A DNA stretch of 64,000 bases from Planctomycetota bacterium. Its GTDB lineage: Bacteria > Planctomycetota > MHYJ01 > WSZJ01. Under the pieces are notes generated by a model. That model ran no database searches, was not told the origin of the DNA, and saw nothing but the letters and a program-made list of their open reading frames with translations. The stretch is taken from assembly GCA_038060895.1 (NCBI GenBank), contig JBBTCT010000018.1:26300-90299 (forward strand), read 5' to 3'. The position numbers were made by a program, and so were the translations under genes. This document shows positions 27,765 through 36,344 of this stretch, piece by piece. Numbering within the stretch: the first letter of the stretch is position 1; every line of letters begins with the position of its first letter.

Positions 27765-27881
27765 AAGTTTGCGAGTACGCGGGGTGTGGATCGCGGGGGC
27801 GCAGGGGAGCCGGGCCGGAGCCGTTCCCGGCCCGTGCGACCCGGAGCCCCCGCGATCCACACCCCGCGTACTCGCAAACTT
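27765..27881. repeat. IR7: long inverted repeat (about 54-nt arms, 36 bp perfect outer stem)
   Basis: Both the left arm and the reverse complement of the right arm begin aagtttgcgagtacgcggggtgtggatcgcgggggc. The inner part is imperfect. It lies in a divergent intergenic region. Confidence 0.95.
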
Positions 27882-28031
27882 GACCGGCCCCTCCCGCCGC
27901 TGCTAGCATTTCCCGAGCGTCGTGCCGAGCCGCGCCCGGGGCGGAGGTGAACGGCAGACGCAGACCGGGCGGGGCGCGCCCCCTTCCCGGCCGACAGGCC
28001 TGCTCCCTGGCGTCCGACAACTGGAGGATGC

Positions 28032-29054
28032 ATGCCGGATCTCACCTGGGACGTTCAGAAAGTCAATCAGCAGGCCGCCGTCATCATTCTGTCCGGCTCC
28101 ATCGATGCCAAGACGGTCCCGTCCTTCCAGGAACAGATGAACAAGGTCAAGGATGACGGGGTCATCAAGTTCGTCCTCGACATGGAAGCCATCAAGTACG
28201 TGAACTCGACGGGCCTCGGGTTCCTCGTCAACCTCGCCGATTCGCTCGACCCGCGCGGCGGCGGCATCGCCCTCGTCAAGCTCCACCCGAAGGTCAAAGT
28301 CGTTTTCGACATGCTCGGGCTCAATGCGTTCTTCAAGATCTTCGGCAGCCGCAACGACGCCGTCGCTTCCATGACGGGCGCGGGCAAGAAAGAAACCGTG
28401 GAGTCCGCCCCTGCCCCCGTCGCCACTGCAACCGCGCCGCTGCCCCCGTCACAGCCGCAACCCGCCACGCTGGCGCGCGGAACAACGCAGTCCTTCGCCC
28501 CCGTCCCCCAGGGCGAGGAAGTCGCCGTCTCCGGGCAGCAGCTCGAGTGCGCTTCCTGCAAGGCCACCCTCCTCGTTCCCGAGCCCGGCAACTACAAGTG
28601 CCCCCGCTGCAGCGCGATCTTCACCTATACGCGCGACGGCAAGGCCAACTTCCTCCCGCGCCGCCGCCTCACCCCGATCCAGATGACCCTGACCTGCTCG
28701 CCCGAGTGCACCGAGGGACTCGTGACAATGGCGGGGCTGCTCGCAAAGCGCGCCGGGTTCAACGACGGCCTGGCGAAATCCATGGAAGCGAGCGTCCGGG
28801 AATCCGCTTCCACGATCTGCGACAAGGCGTACGGTTCGAACGAGCAGGCGACGTACCAGGTGCTGATGGTTGCGAGCGACAACGAGGTGTCGATCAAGTT
28901 CAGCGACTACGGCAAGAAGATCGAAGCGGACATGCGCGACGCGAGCGGGAAGTCGGTGTTCACCGTGACGCGGCAGTCGATGGACGTGTTCGACCTGAAG
29001 GCGCATCCGAAGGGCGGGAACATCCTGACCTTGAGCAAGAGAGCGAGCGCTTAA
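28032..29054 (+). CDS. STAS domain + CxxC..CxxC zinc ribbon + degenerate RsbW/SpoIIAB-like (HATPase_c_2-like) domain protein
   Basis: The N-terminus (AAVIILSGSIDAKTVPSFQEQM...KFVLDMEAIKYVNSTGLGFLVNL...IALVKLHPKVKVVFDMLGLNAFF) is a STAS domain. A Pro/Ala linker follows. ECASCKATLLVPEPGNYKCPRCSAIF is a zinc ribbon. The C-terminal roughly 130 aa has the spacing of anti-sigma kinases (SVRESASTICDKAY...VSIKFSDYGKKIE...GGNILTLSK) but lacks clear N and G boxes. Confidence 0.7.
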   Translation: MPDLTWDVQKVNQQAAVIILSGSIDAKTVPSFQEQMNKVKDDGVIKFVLDMEAIKYVNSTGLGFLVNLADSLDPRGGGIALVKLHPKVKVVFDMLGLNAFFKIFGSRNDAVASMTGAGKKETVESAPAPVATATAPLPPSQPQPATLARGTTQSFAPVPQGEEVAVSGQQLECASCKATLLVPEPGNYKCPRCSAIFTYTRDGKANFLPRRRLTPIQMTLTCSPECTEGLVTMAGLLAKRAGFNDGLAKSMEASVRESASTICDKAYGSNEQATYQVLMVASDNEVSIKFSDYGKKIEADMRDASGKSVFTVTRQSMDVFDLKAHPKGGNILTLSKRASA

Positions 29055-29082
29055 GGCGGGACGGGAGTCGGGAGAAACGACA

Positions 29083-29112
29083 AGGACCTGCGGAAACGCG
29101 GGTCCTTTTTTT
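29083..29112 (+). terminator. Rho-independent terminator
   Basis: GGACCTGCG-GAAA-CGCGGGTCC (9-bp stem, GAAA loop) followed by TTTTTTT, about 30 nt after the stop at 29054. Confidence 0.7.
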
Positions 29113-29119
29113 CGGCGCG

Positions 29120-30862
29120 CTACGCCCGAAGGTCGCGAATCGCCTGGAGCGTGAGCAGGACGCCGATCAGGACGATGAGTGCGCTTGACGCGACGGCGAG
29201 GCGTCGCAGCCACGGCCCGCTGGCCTCCATCCGGGCGGCCATGTACTTCTTGGCGGAAATCAACAGGACGCCGATCACGGTGAGGACGCCGCCCAGGCCG
29301 AGTGAGAACGCAGTGAGGAGGATCAATCCCCACCCGACGCGCTGCACGGACAGGGAGAGGACGAGGATGAGGATGCCGGCGGGGCAGGGGACCATGCCGC
29401 CCAGGATGCCGGTGGTGATGAGGTCCCACGCGGTGATTCCCGGGGCATCGAGGGGCTGAAGGGTCTCGATGGCGTCCGCATTGCCGGCTTCGGTTTCGCG
29501 AGTTTCCGTGGCCACCGCGTGGCCGGAATGATCGTGAGTGTGGCCGTGTCCGTGGTCATGATCGTGTGAATGAGCGTGATCGTGTCCGTGGTCGTGCGCG
29601 TGGACCAGCCCGTGCAGGTGGTCGTCCCCGTGCGAGTGACCGTGCCCGGGGAGATGCGTATGCCCGCCCGGACCGTGTGCGTGACCGAGGCCGAAGCGCC
29701 AGCGGGAGTAGAAGAGCCACGATCCCATGCCGATGATCGTGATGCCGCTGAAGAGCGAGATCCACCTGGCGACTCCTTCGTCGCTGACTTTCCAGAACAG
29801 GAGGGCGAGCCCGACGGCGAGCACAACGCCGACGTGCGCCAGCGTGACCGTCAAGCCGAGCAGGAGCGCGTGACTGAGCCGGCCGTGTGAACCGACGAGG
29901 TACGCCGCGACGAGGGTTTTCCCGTGCCCGGGGCCGATCGCGTGCGCGGCGCCATAGCCGAACGCGATCAGGATCATGATGAGTGCAAGCCCGATCGGCG
30001 GCGACGCGTCTCCTTTGATGAACGCACGGATCCGGTCGTCCCAGGCGCGATTCAGTTTTTCGAACCATCCACGCGGCGGTGGCCGGTCTGACAGCTGTCC
30101 GGTCGTCATGTCCACCCACTTGCCGTCGGTCGTGAAGAAGTCCCCCGGCCGATCCAGCGTCCCGGGAACCTCAAACCAGAGCGGGAAAATGAACCCCCGG
30201 GCCATCGGCGCATTCCGGCCCGTCCCCACCGTCGCGAACGATTCCGTCGAGCCCGGCGGCTGGCCGATCGCGATGTTGCCTTCGCGGATCACCCGGCCGA
30301 CAAGCAGCGTGGCGTAGCGAAGCGGGTTGCTGTACGTCAGGATCGCGACGTACTTCTTCCCCGGGACGGGAGTGAAGTCCTTGACCGTCCATTGGAAATT
30401 CATTTTCACGCGGCCATCCGTGGTGGTGCGGTCCCCCCCGATGTCCGCGGCCTCCTTCTCGAGCTTCATGGAGCACACCGCAGCCTTGCCGTCGTCCCCT
30501 TCGATTTCGAGCAACAGGCCGTACTCGTTGACCAGTGCTCGGGTTCCAGCGAGGACCAGCGCCAGTTCTTCATCCGAAATCGACTTGTCCTGCGACTCGT
30601 CCGCCACCTGGCGCCATTCGAGCGCCGAGAGATCCGTGAACTGCATCCAGAGGTCCACCAGCAGCTTGTCGTGGTGGATCTGCAATTCCACCGACGTCGA
30701 GAACCCCTTCACCCGCGGGTCCGTCAGGTCGTGCGCCCACATTTCTTCCGTGCGGACATCCGCGGGATCCGACTCGGCCGAGACCGGGCCGGCGAGGGCG
30801 CACAACAACAGGAGAAGGCGCTTCACAATCGCGAGTATCGTCCGAACCCTGCCACCGGGCAA
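29120..30862 (-). CDS. NicO/RcnA-type nickel/cobalt transporter fused to a roughly 270-aa N-terminal periplasmic domain, with His-rich loop
   Basis: Signal peptide is LLLLLCALAGPVSA. The C-terminal half carries HAIGPGHGKTLVAAYLVGS (the NicO signature), several TM helices, and the loop HAHGPGGHTHLPGHGHSHGDDHLHGLVHAHDHGHDHAHSHDHDHGHGHTHDHSGH. Confidence 0.8.
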   Translation of the reverse strand: MPGGRVRTILAIVKRLLLLLCALAGPVSAESDPADVRTEEMWAHDLTDPRVKGFSTSVELQIHHDKLLVDLWMQFTDLSALEWRQVADESQDKSISDEELALVLAGTRALVNEYGLLLEIEGDDGKAAVCSMKLEKEAADIGGDRTTTDGRVKMNFQWTVKDFTPVPGKKYVAILTYSNPLRYATLLVGRVIREGNIAIGQPPGSTESFATVGTGRNAPMARGFIFPLWFEVPGTLDRPGDFFTTDGKWVDMTTGQLSDRPPPRGWFEKLNRAWDDRIRAFIKGDASPPIGLALIMILIAFGYGAAHAIGPGHGKTLVAAYLVGSHGRLSHALLLGLTVTLAHVGVVLAVGLALLFWKVSDEGVARWISLFSGITIIGMGSWLFYSRWRFGLGHAHGPGGHTHLPGHGHSHGDDHLHGLVHAHDHGHDHAHSHDHDHGHGHTHDHSGHAVATETRETEAGNADAIETLQPLDAPGITAWDLITTGILGGMVPCPAGILILVLSLSVQRVGWGLILLTAFSLGLGGVLTVIGVLLISAKKYMAARMEASGPWLRRLAVASSALIVLIGVLLTLQAIRDLRA

Positions 30863-30915
30863 GCGCAGCCCGGATTCCTCTCGACTTGCCCCGGACGCTC
30901 GGGTAAATTCCCTGC

Positions 30916-31152
30916 ATGATCACGCTCGTCGGGATTTTCGGACTGGGCGGCACCGAAATGGTCGTCATCTTCGGGCTCGCCGTCCTGCTTTTCGGCGCCG
31001 CCAAGCTCCCTCAGCTTGCCCGAAGCATGGGCAAGAGCATCAACGAGTTCAAGAAGGGGATGTCCGAGGGAGGTAAGGAAGAAGAGGGCGAAAAGAAGGA
31101 CGAGGACGCGCCCCGGAAGAGCGAAGAAGCCCCCTCGGGGAAGAAGGAATAG
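30916..31152 (+). CDS. tatA: Twin-arginine translocase subunit TatA/E
   Basis: 78 aa. GGTEMVVIFGLAVLLFGAAKLPQLARSMGKSINEFKKG is the TatA TM helix plus amphipathic helix, followed by a charged tail. Confidence 0.9.
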   Translation: MITLVGIFGLGGTEMVVIFGLAVLLFGAAKLPQLARSMGKSINEFKKGMSEGGKEEEGEKKDEDAPRKSEEAPSGKKE

Positions 31153-31279
31153 GACCGATTCGCGGCTGGCATTCGCCGCCGCGCGGACCTTGGATGCAGT
31201 CACGCCATTCAGCGGCTTGTGCGCTTCCGCCACCACGGCGGATCAGAGGTTCGCGTTGCCCTGATGGGGGCTCGGCCTG

Positions 31280-32350
31280 ATGGAAATCGCGCTTCTCACC
31301 CGCAAGCTGGACGTGCGCGGCTCGACGATCTACACGCTGAATCTCGCGACGCAGCTCGTGGCGCGCGGCCACGGCGTCCGGCTGATCTGCGGGGGCGGGA
31401 GGCTGCTGCCAGATTTCGAGCGGGGGGGCGTGCCGGTCGTGTTGTTCCCCGGGCTGGGGGACTCAACGGACCTGTTTCTCACGCGGAAAATCGCGCGCAA
31501 GATCCGCGAAAAGCCGCCGGCCCTCCTCCACGTCATGAGCCCCGCCGCCGCGTCTACAGGCGCTTCTGTCGCAAAGGCCGTTGGCATCCCGTATTTCATC
31601 AGCGTGCACTCGCCGCTCGAGCAGGTGCGGATGGCGACGAGTTCGAAGTACCTGCGCGGCGTCCTGGTGGCGAGCGAGTCGGTGCGCGAAAGCCTGGTCA
31701 ACGAGACGCGGGTAAGGAAGGACCTGATCCGCGTGGTGCTGCCGGGGGTGGACGTGAAGCGTCTGAAAGAGACGCCGCCGTTCTCTTCGGAGGGCGCGCC
31801 GGTGGTCGGGATTCTAGGGCCGCTGGAGACCGTGCGAGGGCACGACACGTTTCTGGAAGCGGCGAAGGTGATCCTCGTGTCGCATCCCGAGGTGCAATTC
31901 CTCGTGATCGGCGAAGGGCCGGAGGAGGAACGGCTGCGCAAGAAAACGGAGGAGCTCGGGATCCGCAAGAACGTCACGTTTCACGCCGACCCGGACAATT
32001 ACTTTACCGTGCTCTCGGGAGTGGACATCTTCCTGATGCCGTTCCTTCAGATCGGGCTCGGCAACACCGTGCTCGAGGCGATGGCGTGTGGCAAGCCGGT
32101 GGTCGCCAGCAGCGTCGGGGGCGTGTTCTACGTCATCAAGGAGAACGAGACCGGCCTCCTTCGCCCCAAGAACGACCCGCCTGCGTTCGCGGAGGCCGTG
32201 TGCGCCCTTCTCAGGGACCGCGACAAGGCGCGCCGCATCGGCCACGCCGCTCGCCTCCACGTCGAACAGAATTTCACCGCCGAGCGCATGGCCGCCGAGA
32301 CGCTCGAGGCCTACCAGCGCGCGCTGGAGTCCGCCGCCCCGAATGGATAG
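31280..32350 (+). CDS. Glycosyltransferase family 4 (GT-B, Glycos_transf_1)
   Basis: 356 aa. The N-terminal GT4-like half is followed by the C-terminal motif GLGNTVLEAMACGKPVVAS.VGG...I..ETGLL. Confidence 0.85.
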   Translation: MEIALLTRKLDVRGSTIYTLNLATQLVARGHGVRLICGGGRLLPDFERGGVPVVLFPGLGDSTDLFLTRKIARKIREKPPALLHVMSPAAASTGASVAKAVGIPYFISVHSPLEQVRMATSSKYLRGVLVASESVRESLVNETRVRKDLIRVVLPGVDVKRLKETPPFSSEGAPVVGILGPLETVRGHDTFLEAAKVILVSHPEVQFLVIGEGPEEERLRKKTEELGIRKNVTFHADPDNYFTVLSGVDIFLMPFLQIGLGNTVLEAMACGKPVVASSVGGVFYVIKENETGLLRPKNDPPAFAEAVCALLRDRDKARRIGHAARLHVEQNFTAERMAAETLEAYQRALESAAPNG

Positions 32351-33308
32351 CCGGGACTGCTCCGTGATCGTCGTCTCGTGGAACACGCGCGAGCTTCTGG
32401 AAGCGTGCCTGGCGAGCGTGCGGTCAAAGGCGGCGGGGGCGGAGATCGTCGTGGTAGACAATGCCAGCGAAGACAAGTCCGCCGAAATGGTGCGCGACCG
32501 GTTTCCGGAAGCGGCGCTCGTCGCCAACCCTTCGAATCGCGGATTCGCGCGGGCCGTAAATCAGGGGATTGCGCTGTCGAAACGGCCCGTAGTCCTGCTG
32601 CTGAATCCCGACGCGACGCTCACCGAAGGAGCGGTTGACGAACTGCTCCGCGCGATGGACGCGGACCCGAAAATAGGAATCGCCGGCGCGCAGCTCCTCG
32701 ACGAGGACGGCGAACGCCAGCACTCGTTCGACGGCTTCCCCTCGCTGGCGACCGAGTGCCTCAACAAGTGGCTCCTCCGCACCCTCTTCCCGGGCCGCTT
32801 CCCCGGCAAGCGCCTCGCGTTCGACGCCGTCACCGACGTCGACAGCGTCATCGGCGCCTGCCTCGCCGTTCGCCGCTCCACCATCGATCGCGTCGGCGCG
32901 CTCGACGAGCGCTTCTTCGTTTTCCTCGAGGAGACCGACTGGTGCCTGCGCATGAAGCGCGCGGGGCTCCGGGTGGTCCACGTCCCGGCGTCGCGCGTCG
33001 TGCACCTCCAGGGGAAATCGAAAGCCCGGCGCCCTGTTCTCGCGCGCATCGAGTACCTCCGCTCCCTCTTCATCTATTTCCGCAAGAACTCCGGCGCCGT
33101 GGCCTGGCTCGTTCTCCACGCCGCGCGTTTCTTGAAATCCGCCGTCAACGCCCTATTCTGCGGAATAGCCATGCTCCTCACCCTCGGCCTCGTCCCGTCG
33201 CTTCGCCGCCGCTGCGCGATCCACGCCGGCCTTTTCGGCTGGCAGATCCTCGGCTGCCCGCGCTTCATCGGCCTTCAGCCCCCCGACCTGCCCGAGGCCG
33301 TCCGATGA
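32343..33308 (+). CDS. Glycosyltransferase family 2
   Basis: CSVIVVSWNTRELLEACL...VVVDNASEDKS...NRGFARAVNQG...LLLNPDA is the GT2 (rhamnosyltransferase-like) pattern. Start ATG 32343 overlaps the GT4 stop. The track ORF start 32088 is a spurious extension. Confidence 0.85.
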   Translation: MDSRDCSVIVVSWNTRELLEACLASVRSKAAGAEIVVVDNASEDKSAEMVRDRFPEAALVANPSNRGFARAVNQGIALSKRPVVLLLNPDATLTEGAVDELLRAMDADPKIGIAGAQLLDEDGERQHSFDGFPSLATECLNKWLLRTLFPGRFPGKRLAFDAVTDVDSVIGACLAVRRSTIDRVGALDERFFVFLEETDWCLRMKRAGLRVVHVPASRVVHLQGKSKARRPVLARIEYLRSLFIYFRKNSGAVAWLVLHAARFLKSAVNALFCGIAMLLTLGLVPSLRRRCAIHAGLFGWQILGCPRFIGLQPPDLPEAVR

Positions 33309-34738
33309 GCGGCAGCATCGACCTGGATGTCGCCGGCGCCCGGTGGACGGTGGATCCGTCCGACCCGGAGGCGGCGCAGCCGGCCTTCCTCCAGAAAGTC
33401 GCGGACGGCACCGGCGACCTGCTGAAGGAAGTTCGGATCAAGCGCCTCCTTCGAATCCGCTCGGCGAGCGGGCGTCCCTACCTCGTGAAACACTACCGCG
33501 GACGCTCCTTCGTAGATTCCCTCAAGAACTTCTGGCGCGGCTCCGCGGCGTTCGAGGAATACGAACTGGTGCTGGAGGCGCTGAAGCGCGGGATCCCGAC
33601 GATCGCGCCGGCGTTCTTCGGCGAACGCGGGCACGACTCCTGGATCGGATTCCCCGAATTGCTCGAACTCATCCCCGCCGACAAGTACCTCCGCGGGCAG
33701 CGCAACGATATCCCTTCGGCAGGGGAACCGCGCAAACGCCTCGTCCGCGCGTACGGGCGATTCGCCCGCCGCGTGCACGACCTCGGGCTGGACCAGGACG
33801 ACTTTGACCCCAACAACGTGATGTTCCGCGTCACACCCGACGGGGCGCCGCACTTCGTCATCGTGGACTTCGAACGCGCGTCGTTCGCGGCCCCGGACCT
33901 GGCGCGCCGCGTGTGGCTCCTCGCGAAGATGAACCGCTTCGACGGCGCTTCCATGACTGACCGGCTTCGCTTCCTCGCCGGTTATTGCGAGGGCGCCCCG
34001 CGGATGCACCTGAAGGGGACCGCCTCGTCGATTCTGTCCGAGCATCGCAAGGTGCTGCTGCGCGATCTGTCGCGCGGCTCACGCAACGCTACCGAGGAAT
34101 CACGCAACATCGGCCGCATCGAGACCGGCTATTTCCGGAAGAAGATCGGCCGCGAGTCCGGCGACGGGCTGAACGAAGAAACGGCACGCGGTCTCGCGCA
34201 GGTCGCCCCGGGACTGTTCGGGGAGCCGTTCGCCATCGCTCCGACGGGCGCCCGCATCGTCCGCGTCGAGGCAGGCAAGGAAGGCGAACTCTGGCGTGCC
34301 GCCAACGCCTGCCTTCGCGCCGGGTTGCCCGTGCTCCCGCCCCTCGCTCACGGCGCCGGCTGGATCGCCTTCGCCGGGCTGGGGCGCGACCTTCCGGATT
34401 TCCTTGGCGGCCATCGCGGCCGTCCTGAATTCGGTCAAGCCCTCGAACAGCTGGGCCGCTCCTTCGGCCGCTTCGAAACCCTGGGACTCGACGTCCCGGG
34501 CCCATTCCCCCCGGACCCGCTCACCATCTTCGTTCACGACGGCCGGGTGCTCTTTACCTGCCTCGGCCCCCTGGGAGAACCCGCAGGCAGCACGAGGACT
34601 GGCGTGGAAGAGCGGCTCGCGGCCGTCACCGCCCCCCTGCGAAAGCGGTTCGACCTGACGCGCGCCGACGAAGAGCGCTTCGTGGAGGGCCTGCGCCGCG
34701 CAGGCGGACACACCGGTGTTTCCCGGAAGCCTCACTGA
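33305..34738 (+). CDS. Lipopolysaccharide kinase (Kdo/WaaP/InaA)-family protein with C-terminal extension
   Basis: YLVKHYRGRSF...EEYELVLEALKRGIPTIAP...RRVHDLGLDQDDFDPNNVMF...VIVDFERA is an LPS-kinase/RIO-like pattern. ATG 33305 overlaps the GT2 stop (ATGA). The track ORF from 32756 is a spurious extension. Confidence 0.6.
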   Translation: MSGSIDLDVAGARWTVDPSDPEAAQPAFLQKVADGTGDLLKEVRIKRLLRIRSASGRPYLVKHYRGRSFVDSLKNFWRGSAAFEEYELVLEALKRGIPTIAPAFFGERGHDSWIGFPELLELIPADKYLRGQRNDIPSAGEPRKRLVRAYGRFARRVHDLGLDQDDFDPNNVMFRVTPDGAPHFVIVDFERASFAAPDLARRVWLLAKMNRFDGASMTDRLRFLAGYCEGAPRMHLKGTASSILSEHRKVLLRDLSRGSRNATEESRNIGRIETGYFRKKIGRESGDGLNEETARGLAQVAPGLFGEPFAIAPTGARIVRVEAGKEGELWRAANACLRAGLPVLPPLAHGAGWIAFAGLGRDLPDFLGGHRGRPEFGQALEQLGRSFGRFETLGLDVPGPFPPDPLTIFVHDGRVLFTCLGPLGEPAGSTRTGVEERLAAVTAPLRKRFDLTRADEERFVEGLRRAGGHTGVSRKPH

Positions 34739-34787
34739 GGGTGGGCGGGATTCTCCGAACTCGCTTCTTCCGGCGAGCGATACAATC

Positions 34788-34816
34788 TTGCGACGCGTGA
34801 GCCGTGCGACTAGTAT
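34788..34816 (+). promoter_or_regulatory. Candidate sigma-70 promoter of the tRNA operon
   Basis: TTGCGA (34788-93), 17-nt spacer, TAGTAT (34811-16). The tRNA-Thr 5' end at 34828 is 11 nt downstream of the -10. Confidence 0.4.
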
Positions 34817-34827
34817 TCGCGCCGCTT

Positions 34828-34900
34828 GCTGGGCTAGCTCAATTGGCAGAGCCCGTGTTTTGTAAACACGAGGTTGCGGGTTCAAGTCCCGCGCCCAGCT
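34828..34900 (+). tRNA. tRNA-Thr (anticodon TGT)
   Basis: Hand-folded cloverleaf: acceptor GCTGGGC/GCCCAGC, D stem GCTC/GAGC, anticodon stem CGTGT/ACACG with loop TTTGTAA, T arm GCGGG-TTCAAGT-CCCGC. 73 nt, no encoded CCA. Confidence 0.95.
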
Positions 34901-34901
34901 T
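34857..34901. repeat. attL: 45-bp direct repeat (3' half of tRNA-Thr)
   Basis: gttttgtaaacacgaggttgcgggttcaagtcccgcgcccagctt is identical to 46878-46922. Confidence 0.95.
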
Positions 34902-34964
34902 AGACTTACGTCAATTTGGTTCTCCCGGCACCGTCCTAGGCACCGTTCATGCCTCCGATTCCGC

Positions 34965-36122
34965 CTAAACCGCCTTGCTCTCCGTGGCACCGTCCGAGCC
35001 GGGGGACAGGTTGAGAACCTCGCTCAGGCCTTGAATCGCACGGAGAGCATTTGACGGGTGCGCGTGCGCGTAGTGCCGAGCCGTCACGCGGACGTCGGAG
35101 TGCCCGAGGACCCGGGAGATATCGAGAATCGGCGTTCCCTTCATGGCGAGCAAGGTCCCCGTAGTGTGCCGGAGAACGTGCGTTCCGATATGGCCCCGCT
35201 TCTCCGCCGGGATCGCATCGCCCGCGCCCCGAACCGCCCGCTTGAGTGCCCGCTTGACCGCTTCGCCAGTCAGGGGCCGACCGTCCCTCTGCCGGAGAAT
35301 CGGTGACGTCGTTTCGTCCAACGGAGCCGGAGAGGTCGCGCGTAGATTGCTCAGGACCGCGTGAGCGTCGGGGGTCAGGGGGATTTCCCGAGCCCGGGAA
35401 GTCTTGGCGGTCTTGGCGACAATAACAAGCGACCGGCGGGACAGGTCAACGGCACCCCAGGTCAATCCGAGAAGCTCGCCCCGGCGGGCTCCGGTCGAAA
35501 CCGCGACCACGAGGAACGGCTTGAACCAGTCCTCCGCCGCGTTGACGAGCGCCCGAACCTCGGCGGGCTCTAGGTAGAGTTGCCGCTCCCTGCCCGCTTC
35601 CGAGAAGCGAGGAATCCGGCGGACCGGGTTTCCTTCGACGAGCGACCGACGTTCGGCCCACTTGAAGAACGTGCTAAGAACCGAGAGGTAACGATTCATG
35701 CTCGCCCCGCTCGTGCCCGCCTTCAACCGAGCATCGCACCACTTTTCGAGGTCGGCGCTCGTCACGGCGGAGAGGTTCTTCCCGCCCCAAGATTCGCGGA
35801 GCATGAAGTCGAACTTGTCCGAGTGCCCTTTGTGGGTAGACGGCTTGAGCCGCGGGCCGACCGCTTCAAGGAACATCGGCGCGGCTTCCCGAAGGGTCAG
35901 GGTTGAGCCCGTTACTTCGTTGAAAATCCGCCCGAGCGTCTCGTCGAGTCCCGCTCCCTCGGCGAGCAGGGATTCAATCGCGGCGAGTTTCCGCGTTGCG
36001 TGAGCCCGCGTTGGCCCCGCGTTCCGCATGATTTCCCGCCCCTCAGCGTGGAACACAACGTAGTACCCCGGCCTTCCGGCACGTCGCTTGACCTGTCCGA
36101 AGTCGCGTCGAGACTGACTCAT
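34965..36122 (-). CDS. int: Tyrosine recombinase / phage-type integrase
   Basis: 385 aa with a SAM-like N-terminal domain. The catalytic region contains ARRGELLGLTW, HVLRHTTGTLLAMKG and GHSDVRVTARHYAH (the R..HxxR..Y arrangement). Confidence 0.95.
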   Translation of the reverse strand: MSQSRRDFGQVKRRAGRPGYYVVFHAEGREIMRNAGPTRAHATRKLAAIESLLAEGAGLDETLGRIFNEVTGSTLTLREAAPMFLEAVGPRLKPSTHKGHSDKFDFMLRESWGGKNLSAVTSADLEKWCDARLKAGTSGASMNRYLSVLSTFFKWAERRSLVEGNPVRRIPRFSEAGRERQLYLEPAEVRALVNAAEDWFKPFLVVAVSTGARRGELLGLTWGAVDLSRRSLVIVAKTAKTSRAREIPLTPDAHAVLSNLRATSPAPLDETTSPILRQRDGRPLTGEAVKRALKRAVRGAGDAIPAEKRGHIGTHVLRHTTGTLLAMKGTPILDISRVLGHSDVRVTARHYAHAHPSNALRAIQGLSEVLNLSPGSDGATESKAV

Positions 36123-36289
36123 GCCTTGCCCCCTTTCCGCTGAGCGCCCGAACCGCCCTCGCGCGTGGCGAGGTAATCGGAGAGCGCAATCCTCAGAAAA
36201 TCACTCAACCCCCGGCGATCCGCTTCCGCCGCCTTTTCGAGCGCGGCGCGAAGCTCCGTCGGAACGCGAACGACGAGCGTTTCACTCAT
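36119..36289 (-). CDS. Ribbon-helix-helix (CopG/Arc-like) DNA-binding protein
   Basis: MSETLVVRVPTELRAALEKAAEADRRGLSDFLRIALSDYL is a beta-strand plus two helices, the RHH pattern. Its stop overlaps the integrase start. The start was set at ATG 36289. Confidence 0.65.
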   Translation of the reverse strand: MSETLVVRVPTELRAALEKAAEADRRGLSDFLRIALSDYLATREGGSGAQRKGGKA

Positions 36290-36326
36290 CCCCTTCTCCT
36301 CCGGTTTGTGTTTCATGCAACACATT

Positions 36327-36344
36327 GTATCGCAACGTATCGCA
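36327..36344. promoter_or_regulatory. Tandem direct repeat GTATCGCA-AC-GTATCGCA (10-bp period), candidate RHH operator
   Basis: Seen about 40 bp upstream of the RHH gene start. RHH repressors commonly bind tandem repeats spaced one helical turn apart. The link is by inference only. Confidence 0.3.

Noticed and set aside
29520-29660. Apparent DNA tandem repeat (gtg/atg/gtc-rich) in the transporter gene
   Set aside because: It is the coding sequence of the His/Asp/Gly-rich loop of the NicO-type protein read on the opposite strand, not an independent repeat element.
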